Notes: a model not told the origin generated them from the letters alone. A stretch of DNA of 64,000 bases from an uncultured Clostridia bacterium (GCA_947627205.1 CANQVE010000008.1:6944-70943); one strand, 5' to 3'; shown: positions 9,606 to 19,779, counted from the first letter of the stretch. Made by a program: numbers and translations.

Positions 9606-9895
9606 GAAAAAGTCCTCCTTAATGGAAATTAAAATATAGAATTACCCGATAAAATTATAGCATATTTGCAGAAAATTTTCAAGATAGATTTTGTATTTTT
9701 GTGAAATTTGCAAACAAATACATAAAACGGCAATTGTGAAGTAAAAAAACAGCAGGCACAGCAGGAAACATTTGTGCAAAACGCTGAATTTAAAAATAAA
9801 AAAAGGATTTTTGATGTCGAAAGTTGTATTTATAAATAGAGCAGGAAAATTGTGAGAGAGTGAATTATTGACAATTAAGAAAGGACAGTGAGTTT

Positions 9896-10906
9896 ATGCT
9901 TCCGCGTGAAAGGACCGAACAAAACGAGAAAATTTTACTTAGCGAATATGCCTGCCGCGCGGATATGTCAAAGGGGCGCGCTTTTTATGAAAAGCCCTGC
10001 GACCTGCGGACGGATTTCCAGCGCGACCGCGACCGCATAATCCACTGCAACTCCTTTCGCAGGCTCAAACGAAAAACGCAGGTCTTTCTTGATCCCCTCG
10101 GCGACCACTATCGAACGCGTCTGACGCATACCCTAGAAGTGAGCCAGATTGCAAGAACGGTTTCGAGAGCGCTCGGACTGAACGAAGATCTGACGGAGGC
10201 AATTGCTCTCGGTCACGATCTGGGGCATACTCCTTTCGGTCATGACGGCGAGAGGATTTTGAACGCCCTTATGAAAACAGGCTTCAGGCATAATCTCCAA
10301 AGCCGGCGTGTCTGCGAGAGGATAGAAAAAGACGGAAGCGGGCTTAATCTGACGTTCGAGGTGCTTGATGGGATAGCCGCCCACACGGGAAAGGAGCTTC
10401 CCGAAACGCGCGAGGGAATGGTCGTAAGATTTTGCGACAAGATAGCATACATAAACCACGACATCGAGGACGCGATACGCGGGGGAGTGATAACCGAAGA
10501 CATGCTCCCCGAATTCCCGATAAAGGTCCTCGGAAAAACAAAATCCGCGAGAATTTCGGCGCTTGTAAACAGCCTTGTGCAGAACAGCGGCGACGAGATA
10601 AAAATGGATTATACCACCCGAAAAGCTCACGACGAGCTGAGGGATTTTATGTTTGAAAAAGTCTACCGTTCTTCGAGGACCGTTGCCGAAAAAGGAAAAG
10701 CCGAGTTTATCATTGAGTATCTTTTCAGATATTTTTCCGAAAACAAGGACAAGCTCCCGAGACTGTACCTTGATATTTCCGAACAGGACGGTCTTGAAAG
10801 AGCGGTCGCGGATTTCATCAGCGGAATGACCGATGACTATGCCGTTGATTACTTTACTTCACTTTGCGTGCCTAAAAGCTGGAAGAACGGATATATAGAC
10901 AGCTGA
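9896..10906 (+). CDS. dgt: Deoxyguanosinetriphosphate triphosphohydrolase-like HD protein
   Basis: RTDFQRDRDRIIH, RRLKRKTQVF, RTRLTHTLEVSQ, LGHDLGHTPFGH, DFISGMTD. Confidence 0.9.
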   Translation: MLPRERTEQNEKILLSEYACRADMSKGRAFYEKPCDLRTDFQRDRDRIIHCNSFRRLKRKTQVFLDPLGDHYRTRLTHTLEVSQIARTVSRALGLNEDLTEAIALGHDLGHTPFGHDGERILNALMKTGFRHNLQSRRVCERIEKDGSGLNLTFEVLDGIAAHTGKELPETREGMVVRFCDKIAYINHDIEDAIRGGVITEDMLPEFPIKVLGKTKSARISALVNSLVQNSGDEIKMDYTTRKAHDELRDFMFEKVYRSSRTVAEKGKAEFIIEYLFRYFSENKDKLPRLYLDISEQDGLERAVADFISGMTDDYAVDYFTSLCVPKSWKNGYIDS

Positions 10907-11130
10907 CAGGGTACAGTGTACGCATTGAACGCTTCGCGTGCAACGCTGTATGCAGTAAAATATATCCGCCTTGCGGCGGATAATATTAGATTGTTATCGG
11001 ACTGAAACGTTTTGGAAACAACTGTAAGTATAGGTTCGTGTGCCTATTGACTTAAAACAATCAAATAATGTCCGCGAAGTGGACAACTACTACTGTACAC
11101 TGTACACTGTAAACTTTACACTGTAAACTG
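10904..11130. repeat. Heptamer-ended palindromic interspersed repeat, copy B (inside dgt-dnaG operon)
   Basis: TGACAGGGTACAGTGTAC...TATCCGCCTTGCGGCGGATA...TGTCCGCGAAGTGGACA...CTGTACACTGTACACTGTAAACT; core is the reverse complement of copy A. Confidence 0.8.
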
Positions 11131-11140
11131 ACGACAGGAG

Positions 11141-13090
11141 ATGATAACGACGGCGATTTCACCTGAATTTCAAAACTACCTCGACGAGCTTTGCCAAAAC
11201 AACGATATCTCTTCTGTTGCAACAGAACACGGTATCGCCGTAAAGCGTTCGGGAAACAATTATATGTGCTGTTGTCCGTTTCATACGGAGAAAACACCCT
11301 CCTGCCAGCTTTATCTTGAGGACAATCATTTCCACTGTTTCGGCTGCGGCGCACACGGAAACGTCATAAAGTTCCTTATGCAGGCAGAAAATATCGACTT
11401 TATGAACGCGGTAGAAATATTGTCCGACCGTGTCGGAATGACTATTCCCAAAAGAAGCGGGAAAAACAGCGGGTATAAAAAACGCCCCGCCTACAGTCAC
11501 AGCTCCGCCTCCAAAACAATTTCACATATCACATCTCCGCCCGAACCCGAACCGCCCCCCGAATACGAGCAGGCGCCCGATATTCCCGAGGATATCCCGC
11601 CAGAAAACATTCCGCCCGAAAATATCCCTCCCGACAGAAATGAGGAATATTATTTTCACAGCGGCGGATATTCAAAAAAAGAACGGATCTACCAAATGAA
11701 CAAGGCGGCGGGAAAATTTTTCCACGAACAGCTTTTCTCTCCCGACGGAAAAGCAGGTCTTGATTATTTTAAAGAACGCGGACTGAAGTATGAAACAATA
11801 AAGCGCTTCGGGCTGGGGTTTGCTGCGGACGATTATCACAAGCTCCACTATTATATGAAAAGCCTCGGATATACCGACGCAGAGCTTAAAGAAGCGGCGC
11901 TTATCACAACGCGCGACGGGAAAAAATATTATGACAAATTCCGAAACCGCGTTATGTTCCCCGTATTTGACGAGCGGGGGAGAGTCATTGCTTTCGGCGG
12001 CAGGATAATAACGAGCGATACAAAGGCTCCGAAATATTTAAACTCCGACGAAACGCCCATCTTTCAGAAACGAAAAACGCTTTTCGCACTCAATTATGCG
12101 AAGAAGTCAAAAGCGGATCATTTCATAATCTGCGAGGGATATATGGACGTTATCGCCATGCACCAGGCGGGTTTTGACAGCGCCGTGGCATCGCTCGGAA
12201 CAGCGGTCACCTCCGAACAGGCAGAGCTTCTTTCAAAACGCGGAAAGAAAAAAGCCGTTCTGTCATACGACTCGGACAGCGCAGGTCAAAAAGCTACTTC
12301 GAGAGCTATAGACCTGTTTATGCAGACGGCGTTTGAAAAAGTTACGGTGCTTAAAATATCGGGCGCAAAAGATCCCGACGAGTTTATAAAAAAATACGGC
12401 GGCGAGGCATTTTCCTTGCTTATAGACAATTCTATAGGCGCTGTCGTATTTGAAATGGAAAGGCTCTCGAACGGACTTAAAATGAACGATCCCGACGACA
12501 AAAACGTCTTTATTAGGCGAGCGGTCCGGTTTATGGCTGACATACATGATGATGCATTCAGAGAATTGTGCGCGGAAAAGGCGTCAATACTCGGAGATGT
12601 TTCAAAAAAGACGGTGCTTGACGGAGTAAACGAGCTTATCCAAAAAAAAGCTCCTTATCTGAAAAAAAAGCAGAATGACAATGCCGAAAGCCGCGCCGAA
12701 GAAGAAATGTACGACAGCGGTCTTAAAGGCGAGGAAAACGCCGAAACGGCGGTGTTGTCCTATCTGTTTCACAATCCCGACGAGATAACAAAGGTAGAAG
12801 AACAGCTTTCGGACGGACTTTTGACGGATTTCGGAAACGGCGCATATAAAACGCTTGTCGAAAAGATCCGGACAAGCAGCGGAGAATGTGAAATTTCATG
12901 GCTTTCCGAAAAATTCCCCGAAGAAAAGGGAAGAATAAACGATATCCAAAACGATACGATATATGCATTCAGCGAAGAATGTTTTCTTGAAGCAGCGGGA
13001 AAAATATCGGATATAAAACGTAAAAGGACAAGCGTCCACAATTTTGCGGATCTTGCAAATTATATCAAGTACAAACAAGGCGACGAATAG
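11141..13090 (+). CDS. dnaG: DNA primase with Pro/acidic linker insertion
   Basis: Zn finger CPFHTEKTPS...CFGC; DKFRNRVMFP, KYLNSDET, CEGYMDV, SYDSDSAGQKA TOPRIM motifs. Confidence 0.92.
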   Translation: MITTAISPEFQNYLDELCQNNDISSVATEHGIAVKRSGNNYMCCCPFHTEKTPSCQLYLEDNHFHCFGCGAHGNVIKFLMQAENIDFMNAVEILSDRVGMTIPKRSGKNSGYKKRPAYSHSSASKTISHITSPPEPEPPPEYEQAPDIPEDIPPENIPPENIPPDRNEEYYFHSGGYSKKERIYQMNKAAGKFFHEQLFSPDGKAGLDYFKERGLKYETIKRFGLGFAADDYHKLHYYMKSLGYTDAELKEAALITTRDGKKYYDKFRNRVMFPVFDERGRVIAFGGRIITSDTKAPKYLNSDETPIFQKRKTLFALNYAKKSKADHFIICEGYMDVIAMHQAGFDSAVASLGTAVTSEQAELLSKRGKKKAVLSYDSDSAGQKATSRAIDLFMQTAFEKVTVLKISGAKDPDEFIKKYGGEAFSLLIDNSIGAVVFEMERLSNGLKMNDPDDKNVFIRRAVRFMADIHDDAFRELCAEKASILGDVSKKTVLDGVNELIQKKAPYLKKKQNDNAESRAEEEMYDSGLKGEENAETAVLSYLFHNPDEITKVEEQLSDGLLTDFGNGAYKTLVEKIRTSSGECEISWLSEKFPEEKGRINDIQNDTIYAFSEECFLEAAGKISDIKRKRTSVHNFADLANYIKYKQGDE

Positions 13091-13186
13091 CCTTTATAAA
13101 ATGAAAGACAGTCTGTCGAGAAAGCCCCGGACGCTGACGCCGCAGATGGAGTTTTATCGTCAGACTGAAAAAGGAGAGAGATAATT

Positions 13187-14278
13187 ATGACAGTCAATTC
13201 AAGAGGAGATAACCTGCTCGAAGAGCTTTTCAGGCAGGGAAAGAAAAAAGGATTTCTAACGGCGAGGGAGATAACGGACGCGCTCGAAGAACTGAGTTTC
13301 GACGCAAACCAGATAAACCGCGTCTTTGATAAGATCGCGGCGATGGATATAAAGATAGTCGATAACTTCGAGGCGGACGCGGATTTTGACATTGAAAATC
13401 TGTTCGACTACAGCGACAGAGATTATGACAATCCCGACGCGGACGTTGTGACTGCCGACGATTCCGTAAAGCAGTATCTGAAAGAAATAGGCAGGATACC
13501 GCTTTTGTCTACGGAAGAAGAAATTGAGCTTGCCGCGAGAATGGCGGCAGGCGACGAGAGTGCTAAAACAAGACTTCAGGAGGCAAATCTGCGTCTTGTT
13601 GTAAGCATTGCCAAAAAGTATGTAAGAAGAGGCATGCAGTTCCTCGACCTTATTCAAGAGGGAAACGTCGGACTTTTAAAGGCAGTAGAAAAGTTCGATT
13701 ATACAAAGGGCTTTAAGTTCTCCACCTATGCGACATGGTGGATAAGACAGGCAATAACAAGAGCTATCGCCGATCAGGCGAGGACCATTCGCATACCTGT
13801 TCACATGGTCGAAACAATTTCAAGAGTAAAGAAAGCCGAAACTTTCCTGCTCCACGAAAACGGAAGCGAGCCCACCGAGGACGAGATAGCGGAGTATCTC
13901 GGAATGTCTACCGAAAAGGTGCGCGAGATAATCCGCCTCGCACAGGATCCCGTGTCGCTTGAAACTCCTATAGGAGAAGAAGAGGACAGTCACCTCGGCG
14001 ATTTCATTCCCGACGAGGACGCTCCTGCGCCCGCCGACGAAGCCTGCAACAGTATGTTAAAGCAAATGTTAAGCGATGTTCTCGACACGCTTTCCGAGAG
14101 GGAAAAGCGCGTTATAATCATGCGCTTTGGTCTTATCGACGGCAGGGCAAGAACTCTCGAAGAAGTCGGTCAGGAGTTTCAGGTAACGCGCGAGCGTATC
14201 AGACAGATCGAAACAAAGGCTTTGAGAAAACTGCGCCATCCGACCAGAAGCAGAAAACTGAGAGATTTTCTTGAATAA
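13187..14278 (+). CDS. rpoD: Primary (group 1) sigma factor, copy 1
   Basis: Region 1.1 plus [72 protein letters not shown]; follows dnaG. Confidence 0.9.
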   Translation: MTVNSRGDNLLEELFRQGKKKGFLTAREITDALEELSFDANQINRVFDKIAAMDIKIVDNFEADADFDIENLFDYSDRDYDNPDADVVTADDSVKQYLKEIGRIPLLSTEEEIELAARMAAGDESAKTRLQEANLRLVVSIAKKYVRRGMQFLDLIQEGNVGLLKAVEKFDYTKGFKFSTYATWWIRQAITRAIADQARTIRIPVHMVETISRVKKAETFLLHENGSEPTEDEIAEYLGMSTEKVREIIRLAQDPVSLETPIGEEEDSHLGDFIPDEDAPAPADEACNSMLKQMLSDVLDTLSEREKRVIIMRFGLIDGRARTLEEVGQEFQVTRERIRQIETKALRKLRHPTRSRKLRDFLE

Positions 14279-14612
14279 ATTCCTCTACATAAAGAGCATT
14301 TGCGGTATATTTTCTGTTTTGAATTTCTGAAAATTATATAGTATGTGCAATTATAGGAGCCAAGCTCTACAAAATGCGCCGATTGTCGGGCATAATAATG
14401 CCTGCAGAAGTTTATCAATTAAACTCGGAGAATTGCAATAATAACAATAGGTGACAATAAATAAAAAAGGAAATATGCCGGGAGTTTCAGACTTAAGCAA
14501 AAATGAAATTTCGGGCTTTACGGACAGCCTGAATTTCTGAAACGTGCGTGCGCGGATATATAGTGTGCATAAGGACTGTGCACATTGCGCATTAGCCGAA
14601 AGGATATAATAA

Positions 14613-15668
14613 ATGAACAATACGGATAGAATTTTAAACGAGCTGTTGGAAAAAGGAAAGCAGACAGGAACGATAAGTGCAAAGGAGCTGTATATTCTCG
14701 CGGACGAAACAGACCTTGACATAGACAAGGTCAGCGATTATCTTGAAAAGAACAATATAAAGCTGATAGACGACTATGCCGTTGAGGACGACTTGGAAAG
14801 CGACATCAAAAGCTGTGAAGAAAACGATCCGAACGCTTCGGGATTTGACGATCCTGTCAGGATACATCTTCGCGAAATAGGCAGGATACCGCTTCTTACG
14901 CCCGAAGAAGAAACGGAGCTTGCGGAGCAGATAGCCGAGGGAAATTCGGAAGCGCGCGACAAGCTGATAGTGGCGAACATGAGACTTGTGGTAAGCATAG
15001 CCAAGCATTATGTCGGACGCGGAATGCCTCTGCTTGACCTTATACAAGAGGGCTACAGCGGACTTATAAAGGCTGTGGAAAGATTTGACCATACAAAGGG
15101 CTATAAGTTTTCGACGTATGCCACATGGTGGATAAGACAGGCAATAACGAGAGCAATTGCAGACCAGGCGAGGACTATACGAATTCCCGTGCACATGGTC
15201 GAAACGATATCCCGCGTAAAGAAAGCGCAGAACAGCCTGCTTCACAAAAACGGCAGAGAGCCTACGACAAACGAAATTGCAGAAGAACTCGGAATGACGC
15301 CCGAAAAAGTGAGAGAAGTGCTAAGGATATCACAAGAGCCTGTGTCGCTCGAAGCTCCCGTCGGAGAAGAAGAGGACAGTTTTCTCGGTGATTTTATTCC
15401 TGATGAAGAAGCGCCGACGCCTGTTGATACGGCGATGAAGTCGGCATTCAAGGACGAGCTGAATAAGGCATTGAATACGCTCCCCGAACGTGAAAGAGAA
15501 GTTCTGAAATTCCGCTACGGCGTAGGATATGACCGTTCGCATACGCTTGAAGAAGTAGGACGTCAGTTCAAGGTCACGCGGGAAAGAATACGCCAAATAG
15601 AAGCAAAGGCATTGAGAAAGCTCCGCACCCAAGGAAAGAGCAAGGGATTAAAGGTGTTTTTGGATTAA
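14613..15668 (+). CDS. rpoD: Primary-like sigma-70 factor, tandem paralog (copy 2)
   Basis: Same regions 1.2-4.2; variant QEGYSGL and divergent C-terminus [15 protein letters not shown]. Confidence 0.85.
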   Translation: MNNTDRILNELLEKGKQTGTISAKELYILADETDLDIDKVSDYLEKNNIKLIDDYAVEDDLESDIKSCEENDPNASGFDDPVRIHLREIGRIPLLTPEEETELAEQIAEGNSEARDKLIVANMRLVVSIAKHYVGRGMPLLDLIQEGYSGLIKAVERFDHTKGYKFSTYATWWIRQAITRAIADQARTIRIPVHMVETISRVKKAQNSLLHKNGREPTTNEIAEELGMTPEKVREVLRISQEPVSLEAPVGEEEDSFLGDFIPDEEAPTPVDTAMKSAFKDELNKALNTLPEREREVLKFRYGVGYDRSHTLEEVGRQFKVTRERIRQIEAKALRKLRTQGKSKGLKVFLD

Positions 15669-15718
15669 ATGTTGTCCGGTGATAAAACGTTTTCTAAAGA
15701 GATAAAGAACACGAAATT

Positions 15719-15748
15719 GCAAGTATGCAGTGTACACTGTATACTGCC
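15719..15748. repeat. Minimal (ends-only) copy of the TACAGTG-heptamer palindrome
   Basis: GCAAGTATGCAGTGTACACTGTATACTGC: the two terminal arrays joined with no core. Confidence 0.55.
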
Positions 15749-15810
15749 TACACCGCAGTTTATTGGGATATTTATCCATAAATGCCTATAAATTCTTTTT
15801 AAATTTATAA

Positions 15811-15924
15811 ATATTGACTATTGAAAATCTCGTCAATATGTGTTATACTAACGTTTGAAGATACAAAAGTATGTATTTTGTACAGCGCTAATTGGTTAGT
15901 AAGTTAATTGGTTAGTTGGTTAGT
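15811..15924 (+). promoter_or_regulatory. Sigma-A promoter with flanking inverted repeat and downstream direct repeats
   Basis: TTGAAA(15821)-17-TATACT(15844); ATATTGAC/GTCAATAT IR (15811-15839); TAATTGGTTAGT x2 + TGGTTAGT (15889-15924). Confidence 0.55.
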
Positions 15925-15972
15925 CGATCAGACGGTTATTTGGGCGGTGCCCAAAATTACAGGAGGAAAAAT

Positions 15973-16551
15973 ATGAATAATGTAGAACTTGTAAAGAAGA
16001 TAGAGGGCTATTTAAAGTCTTCTGCATCAAAGGCAAAGAAGTTTGAGGATCTGGTCGCTGTGACAGTTTCCTTGATTTCCGAAAACAATGAGGATCTTTA
16101 TGTTGAGGTAAAGGACGGAAAGATAAGCGTTGCTCCTTATTCTTACAATGATTACGGCTGTGCTGTTGAGGCATCTGCCGAGAGCATCGACAAGATCTTC
16201 TCCGGAGCAGTTTCTTTTGATAAGGCGCTTTCCGACGGACTTGTAAGAGTATGCGGCGGCGACGTTGCTAAGTTTAAGGCACTCGAAGTTCTTGTTCCCG
16301 CAAAGAAAGCTCCTGCGAAGAAGACTTCTGTAAAGGCTGAAACAGCTAAGAAGACAACAGCAAAGGCAGCTAAGGCTCCCGCAAAGAAGACGGCTGAAAA
16401 AGCTCCTGCAAAGGCTGAAACAAAGACCGAAGCAAAAGCTGAAGTAAAGGCTGAGGTTGTTAAGGCTGAAGCGGTAAAGGCACAGGCTCCCGCTGAAAAG
16501 GCTGTTGACAAAGCTCCCGCGGCAAAGAGATGCTGCAAGAAAAAGCAGTAA
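15973..16551 (+). CDS. SCP2 (sterol carrier)-like domain fused to a Lys/Ala/Pro-rich histone-H1-like tail
   Basis: AGGAGG RBS then ATG 15973; YVEVKDGKISV...ESIDKIFSGAVSFDKALSDGLVRVCGGD is SCP2-like; tail PAKKAPAKK...AKAPAKKTAEKAPAKAE. Confidence 0.7.
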   Translation: MNNVELVKKIEGYLKSSASKAKKFEDLVAVTVSLISENNEDLYVEVKDGKISVAPYSYNDYGCAVEASAESIDKIFSGAVSFDKALSDGLVRVCGGDVAKFKALEVLVPAKKAPAKKTSVKAETAKKTTAKAAKAPAKKTAEKAPAKAETKTEAKAEVKAEVVKAEAVKAQAPAEKAVDKAPAAKRCCKKKQ

Positions 16552-16572
16552 TAAAATTTCAGAAAGATGTAT

Positions 16573-16598
16573 GCTCCCGTGACAAAAAGCGGGAGCTT
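16573..16598 (+). terminator. Hairpin, probable terminator
   Basis: GCTCCCG / CGGGAGC just after the stop codon; U-tail weak. Confidence 0.5.
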
Positions 16599-16774
16599 AC
16601 AGCTTAAAACCAACGGTTATAGCGCTTGCGGTCCCGACATGTATTGTTTATACGATGCGGCGAAATTGCACGGTATTATTTAAAGTCTTTTCGTATTTTA
16701 CTTTCGTTATGTTGCTGTTATAAGGAAGACATGTTGAACAGCGCACATTCCAAAGGCAAATACTCTTATTATCT

Positions 16775-16848
16775 GCGGATATAGTTTATCGGTAAAACAT
16801 TAGCTTCCCAAGCTGAGGTGGTGGGTTCGACTCCCATTATCCGCTCCA
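16775..16848 (+). tRNA. tRNA-Gly (anticodon CCC)
   Basis: GCGGATA acceptor stem, anticodon arm TTAGC-TTCCCAA-GCTGA, T-loop GGTTCGACTCC, encoded CCA. Confidence 0.95.
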
Positions 16849-17056
16849 CGCATTGAAGCCCGCCTTTACGGCGGGCTTCAACGTTGCACATTTGCCCTAA
16901 CGGCAATTCAATTTTGCTCGCTGTGCTCGCAAAACCGTAAAAATGCGCACTCCCCGAAAAGTGGTTTAGGTATATTGGGCAGAAAAATCTTTTTTGTAAA
17001 GGTTAGACATTTAGAAATAAGAGGTAAGAATTTGAGATTCTTACCTCTTATTTCTT
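16849..17056 (+). repeat. tRNA-abutting repeat element (copy 1)
   Basis: CGCATTGAAGCCCGCCTTTACGGCGGGCTTCAACG...CGCAAAACCGTAAAAATGCGCACT..CCGAAAAGTGGTTT...GTAAAGGTTAGACATTTAGAAATAAGA, homologous to 23243-23490. Confidence 0.8.
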
Positions 17057-17420
17057 TTATAACAAACTTGCTTTAATAAGGGAAACAAACTTTCGGCTTG
17101 AACTCTTACTTCTTATCTCTAACCTCTTACCTCTAAAAGCGCAATTCAATTTTGCTCGCTGCGCTCGCAAAACCGTAAAAATGCGCTGGCGTTGTTTTTC
17201 TTGGATAAGGTTTTTGAGGTAAAAATTTGTATCGAACGATTGTTCGCTCATTTCTTACCTCTTATTTCTTTTTTTATTCGTTAATTTCAGCAAACAACAT
17301 CTTGGCTCAAACTCTTACCTCTTACTTCTTACATCTTACCTCTAAAAGCGTAAAAATGCGCTGATGTTGCTTTTCTTGGATAAGGTTTTTGAGGTAAGAA
17401 TTTGTACCGAACAGATATTC
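17039..17420. repeat. Imperfect ~180-210 bp tandem duplication built from CTCTTAC/TAAGAGG heptamer arrays
   Basis: TTCTTACCTCTTATTTCTTTT, CTCTTACCTCTAAAAGCG and TTTCTTGGATAAGGTTTTTGAGGTAA each occur twice in the same order. Confidence 0.7.
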
Positions 17421-17469
17421 GCCGAGTTCTTATCTCATTTCTCGGAAAACGAGGATTATTACTCGTAAG

Positions 17470-17584
17470 TTGACTTTTGCAGAAAATTGTTGTATAATAA
17501 TCGCAGAGCGATTATTATACATTTATGTCCATGCACATCCGCAAAATTTTTTACAAAATTTTGCTTCGTGCGGTAAGGGACATA
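17470..17584 (+). promoter_or_regulatory. Sigma-A promoter + long-hairpin leader cassette (copy 1)
   Basis: TTGACT-17-TATAAT (17470-17498), then TATGTCC..GCAC..GCAAAATTTT-TTAC-AAAATTTTGC..GTGCG..GGACATA; near-identical to 31738-31850. Confidence 0.75.
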
Positions 17585-17609
17585 ACTAATTTTTCAGAAC
17601 GGAGAATAT

Positions 17610-18350
17610 ATGAATACAGAAAACAACGATATGCAAATAAGCAGTGACAGGACCGACACGCAAAAGGAGCGCAGGCATTTTTTTACGAAAAAGAGAATAA
17701 TTGCTCTTTCGGTTGTTGCAGCATTGATTTTATTCAATGTGTTTGATATTTTCATTGATCCGCCCGCATGGTGGAGATTTGAGCGTCAGGAGGATAAGCG
17801 GGCGATGTTGAAATATGTAAAAGACAATTATCCCGACACAATAAAAATACTTGATATGTCATTCCCTGTCCAGCTTCCGGCTGGTCCTCATCAAGCTAGT
17901 AGTATGCAATTGGAACTTGACGGTGTAGTTTTTAATGTCGGAGCAAAATACGGTAAGATTATTTTTGACAGTTACTACTATAGGAAAGCAGCCACACAAT
18001 TTGACAAAATTATTAAAGACGGATTCTTTAATCCGCGAAACATCACAGCATCACTCGACTATTCTTTTACTGACAATTATGAAACTGCAGCTCCATACAC
18101 GGGCGGTTTAGGGTTAGAAATTATAATTGTTGATCAAGGTGCAACAGCTCGGGAAGTCGGCTGGATATATGATTTCTATAAATTTTGGCAAAATGAGGGC
18201 GCTTTCCTTAGGGATTACAAGGTTTGGATACTTATATACCAAAACGCAGAGGAAAAGGAACGGATCATTTGGGACAAAGAAACCGATTTTTCAGATGAGC
18301 TTGATTTTTTCTATGCCATAAGACATAATGACGGAATTTTGCTCGACTAA
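17610..18350 (+). CDS. Hypothetical membrane-anchored protein (accessory to ABC exporter)
   Basis: 246 aa; N-terminal TM (IIALSVVAALILFNVFDIFI); GGAG RBS. Confidence 0.7.
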   Translation: MNTENNDMQISSDRTDTQKERRHFFTKKRIIALSVVAALILFNVFDIFIDPPAWWRFERQEDKRAMLKYVKDNYPDTIKILDMSFPVQLPAGPHQASSMQLELDGVVFNVGAKYGKIIFDSYYYRKAATQFDKIIKDGFFNPRNITASLDYSFTDNYETAAPYTGGLGLEIIIVDQGATAREVGWIYDFYKFWQNEGAFLRDYKVWILIYQNAEEKERIIWDKETDFSDELDFFYAIRHNDGILLD

Positions 18351-18605
18351 TGCGCACATCATTTTCTCCTAGCGAAATTTTTAATAGATCCTCATTTAAA
18401 GGATATTTTATATTTCTTTTACAATAATTTATGATAAATATACAAATTACCGCCGAGAAATCGGCGGATTTTTATGCTTTTAGTATATTGCAATATATAG
18501 TACCTTGTGATATAATTAAACTGTATAGAAAGATATTGAAAATTCTTGTTATGCGCGGCAGGCAAAAAACGTCCTATATATTATTTTCTGCAAAAGGAGA
18601 AAACA

Positions 18606-19769
18606 ATGTTCAAAAAATACATCTTAAACTCATTCAGAAAAAATCCTATAAGATACGTTGCTATAATGCTCTGCGAGATAGTTCTGCTCGGCGTTTCGCT
18701 TTTTGCAAGCTGTACGGTGATGAATTATGTTATCGAAAAGAACTATGTTGTGGAAAATGCAAAGGGATTTACTTTTTCATTTCCCGATGTTGAGGGTTTA
18801 AATAATGACGATCCTAAATACGCCGAGGAAATTGCAAAATGTCCTGAAGCTGAAAGCCTAAGAGAAAGGATATATGAATTTTGCAGACGCTCGCCTGTTG
18901 AATTGTCATATATGTCTATAAGACTTGCCGATGATAAATATAAATATACTGTTACAGATTACTACTTTGTTACATACGACGACCTTGTGGATTTCTATGA
19001 GAAATCAATGTCAATGTCTGCGGGTTCGTATCCTACCGAAGAACAGTATTTAAATCACGAAAAGGTCGCTGTTATCGGAATGCTCCCAACATGGATGGGA
19101 CGAGATCCGTTCGCCTATTCCGATGAAAGTCATGTACTTTTCGGAGAAAATGACGACGAATATCTTGTTGTCGGGAATAATCCCATAAACGATTGTTTCA
19201 GCATTTTATGGGGAAGCGAGCCGGATAATTCAAAGGTTTGTTCTGTCGCTCTTATCTCAAAGGACTTAGTGTCAGATGAACAGAAAAAAGAAACAGAAGC
19301 CCTGTTTAAAGAAATAGTCGCTCCCGATATAAATATTGCAAACACCTGGCTCCCAAGCAACGACGGCTTGCTTGAGATACGCAAAAGCGTTTCTATCGTC
19401 ATAATGACGTTGGCTCTGCTCGTAATATCCGCATTTATTATTCTTGCGATCTTTAAGTATATGACAGACGAGCGCAGAAACGAGTATGCCGTTTTGAGGC
19501 TTTGCGGATACGGAAAATTTACGGCATTGGCTTTTCCGCTTGTTGAGATAATTTCTATTTCGGTGGTGTGTTCGGTTTTGTCGTGCGTTATTTTCTCGCT
19601 TTTCATTCCGCTTTTAAAGACGTTTTTCCCTGTTGTTTCGGTGTTGTTTGACTTCGGATTTTTTGCGGCTTTTACAATAGGATTTATAGCAATAACGGCT
19701 ATTATGTTCGCTGTTTATATTGCCCCGTCGCTGAACAAATCAATAAGCGATGAGCTTAGGGAAATGTGA
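18606..19769 (+). CDS. ABC transporter permease (FtsX/MacB-like)
   Basis: AGGAG RBS, ATG 18606; N-terminal TM, extracellular loop, ERRNEYAVLRLCGY motif followed by 3 TMs. Confidence 0.8.
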   Translation: MFKKYILNSFRKNPIRYVAIMLCEIVLLGVSLFASCTVMNYVIEKNYVVENAKGFTFSFPDVEGLNNDDPKYAEEIAKCPEAESLRERIYEFCRRSPVELSYMSIRLADDKYKYTVTDYYFVTYDDLVDFYEKSMSMSAGSYPTEEQYLNHEKVAVIGMLPTWMGRDPFAYSDESHVLFGENDDEYLVVGNNPINDCFSILWGSEPDNSKVCSVALISKDLVSDEQKKETEALFKEIVAPDINIANTWLPSNDGLLEIRKSVSIVIMTLALLVISAFIILAIFKYMTDERRNEYAVLRLCGYGKFTALAFPLVEIISISVVCSVLSCVIFSLFIPLLKTFFPVVSVLFDFGFFAAFTIGFIAITAIMFAVYIAPSLNKSISDELREM

Positions 19770-19779
19770 GGTGAAATAA

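Noticed and set aside
13101-13184. 27-codon uORF between dnaG and rpoD
   Set aside because: No RBS and no recognisable features; likely chance
16600-16770. Possible small RNA upstream of tRNA-Gly
   Set aside because: No clear promoter/terminator pair, stable structure or second copy seen
16849-17420. Possible CRISPR array in the repeat-rich region after tRNA-Gly
   Set aside because: Repeats are degenerate, 7-nt periodic or ~200-bp units without constant 25-45 nt repeats and unique spacers; no cas genes in the window
18431-18793. ORF 18431-18793 and the many other short ORFs overlapping or antisense to confident genes
   Set aside because: Shadow frames of well-supported CDSs, with no RBS or family motifs
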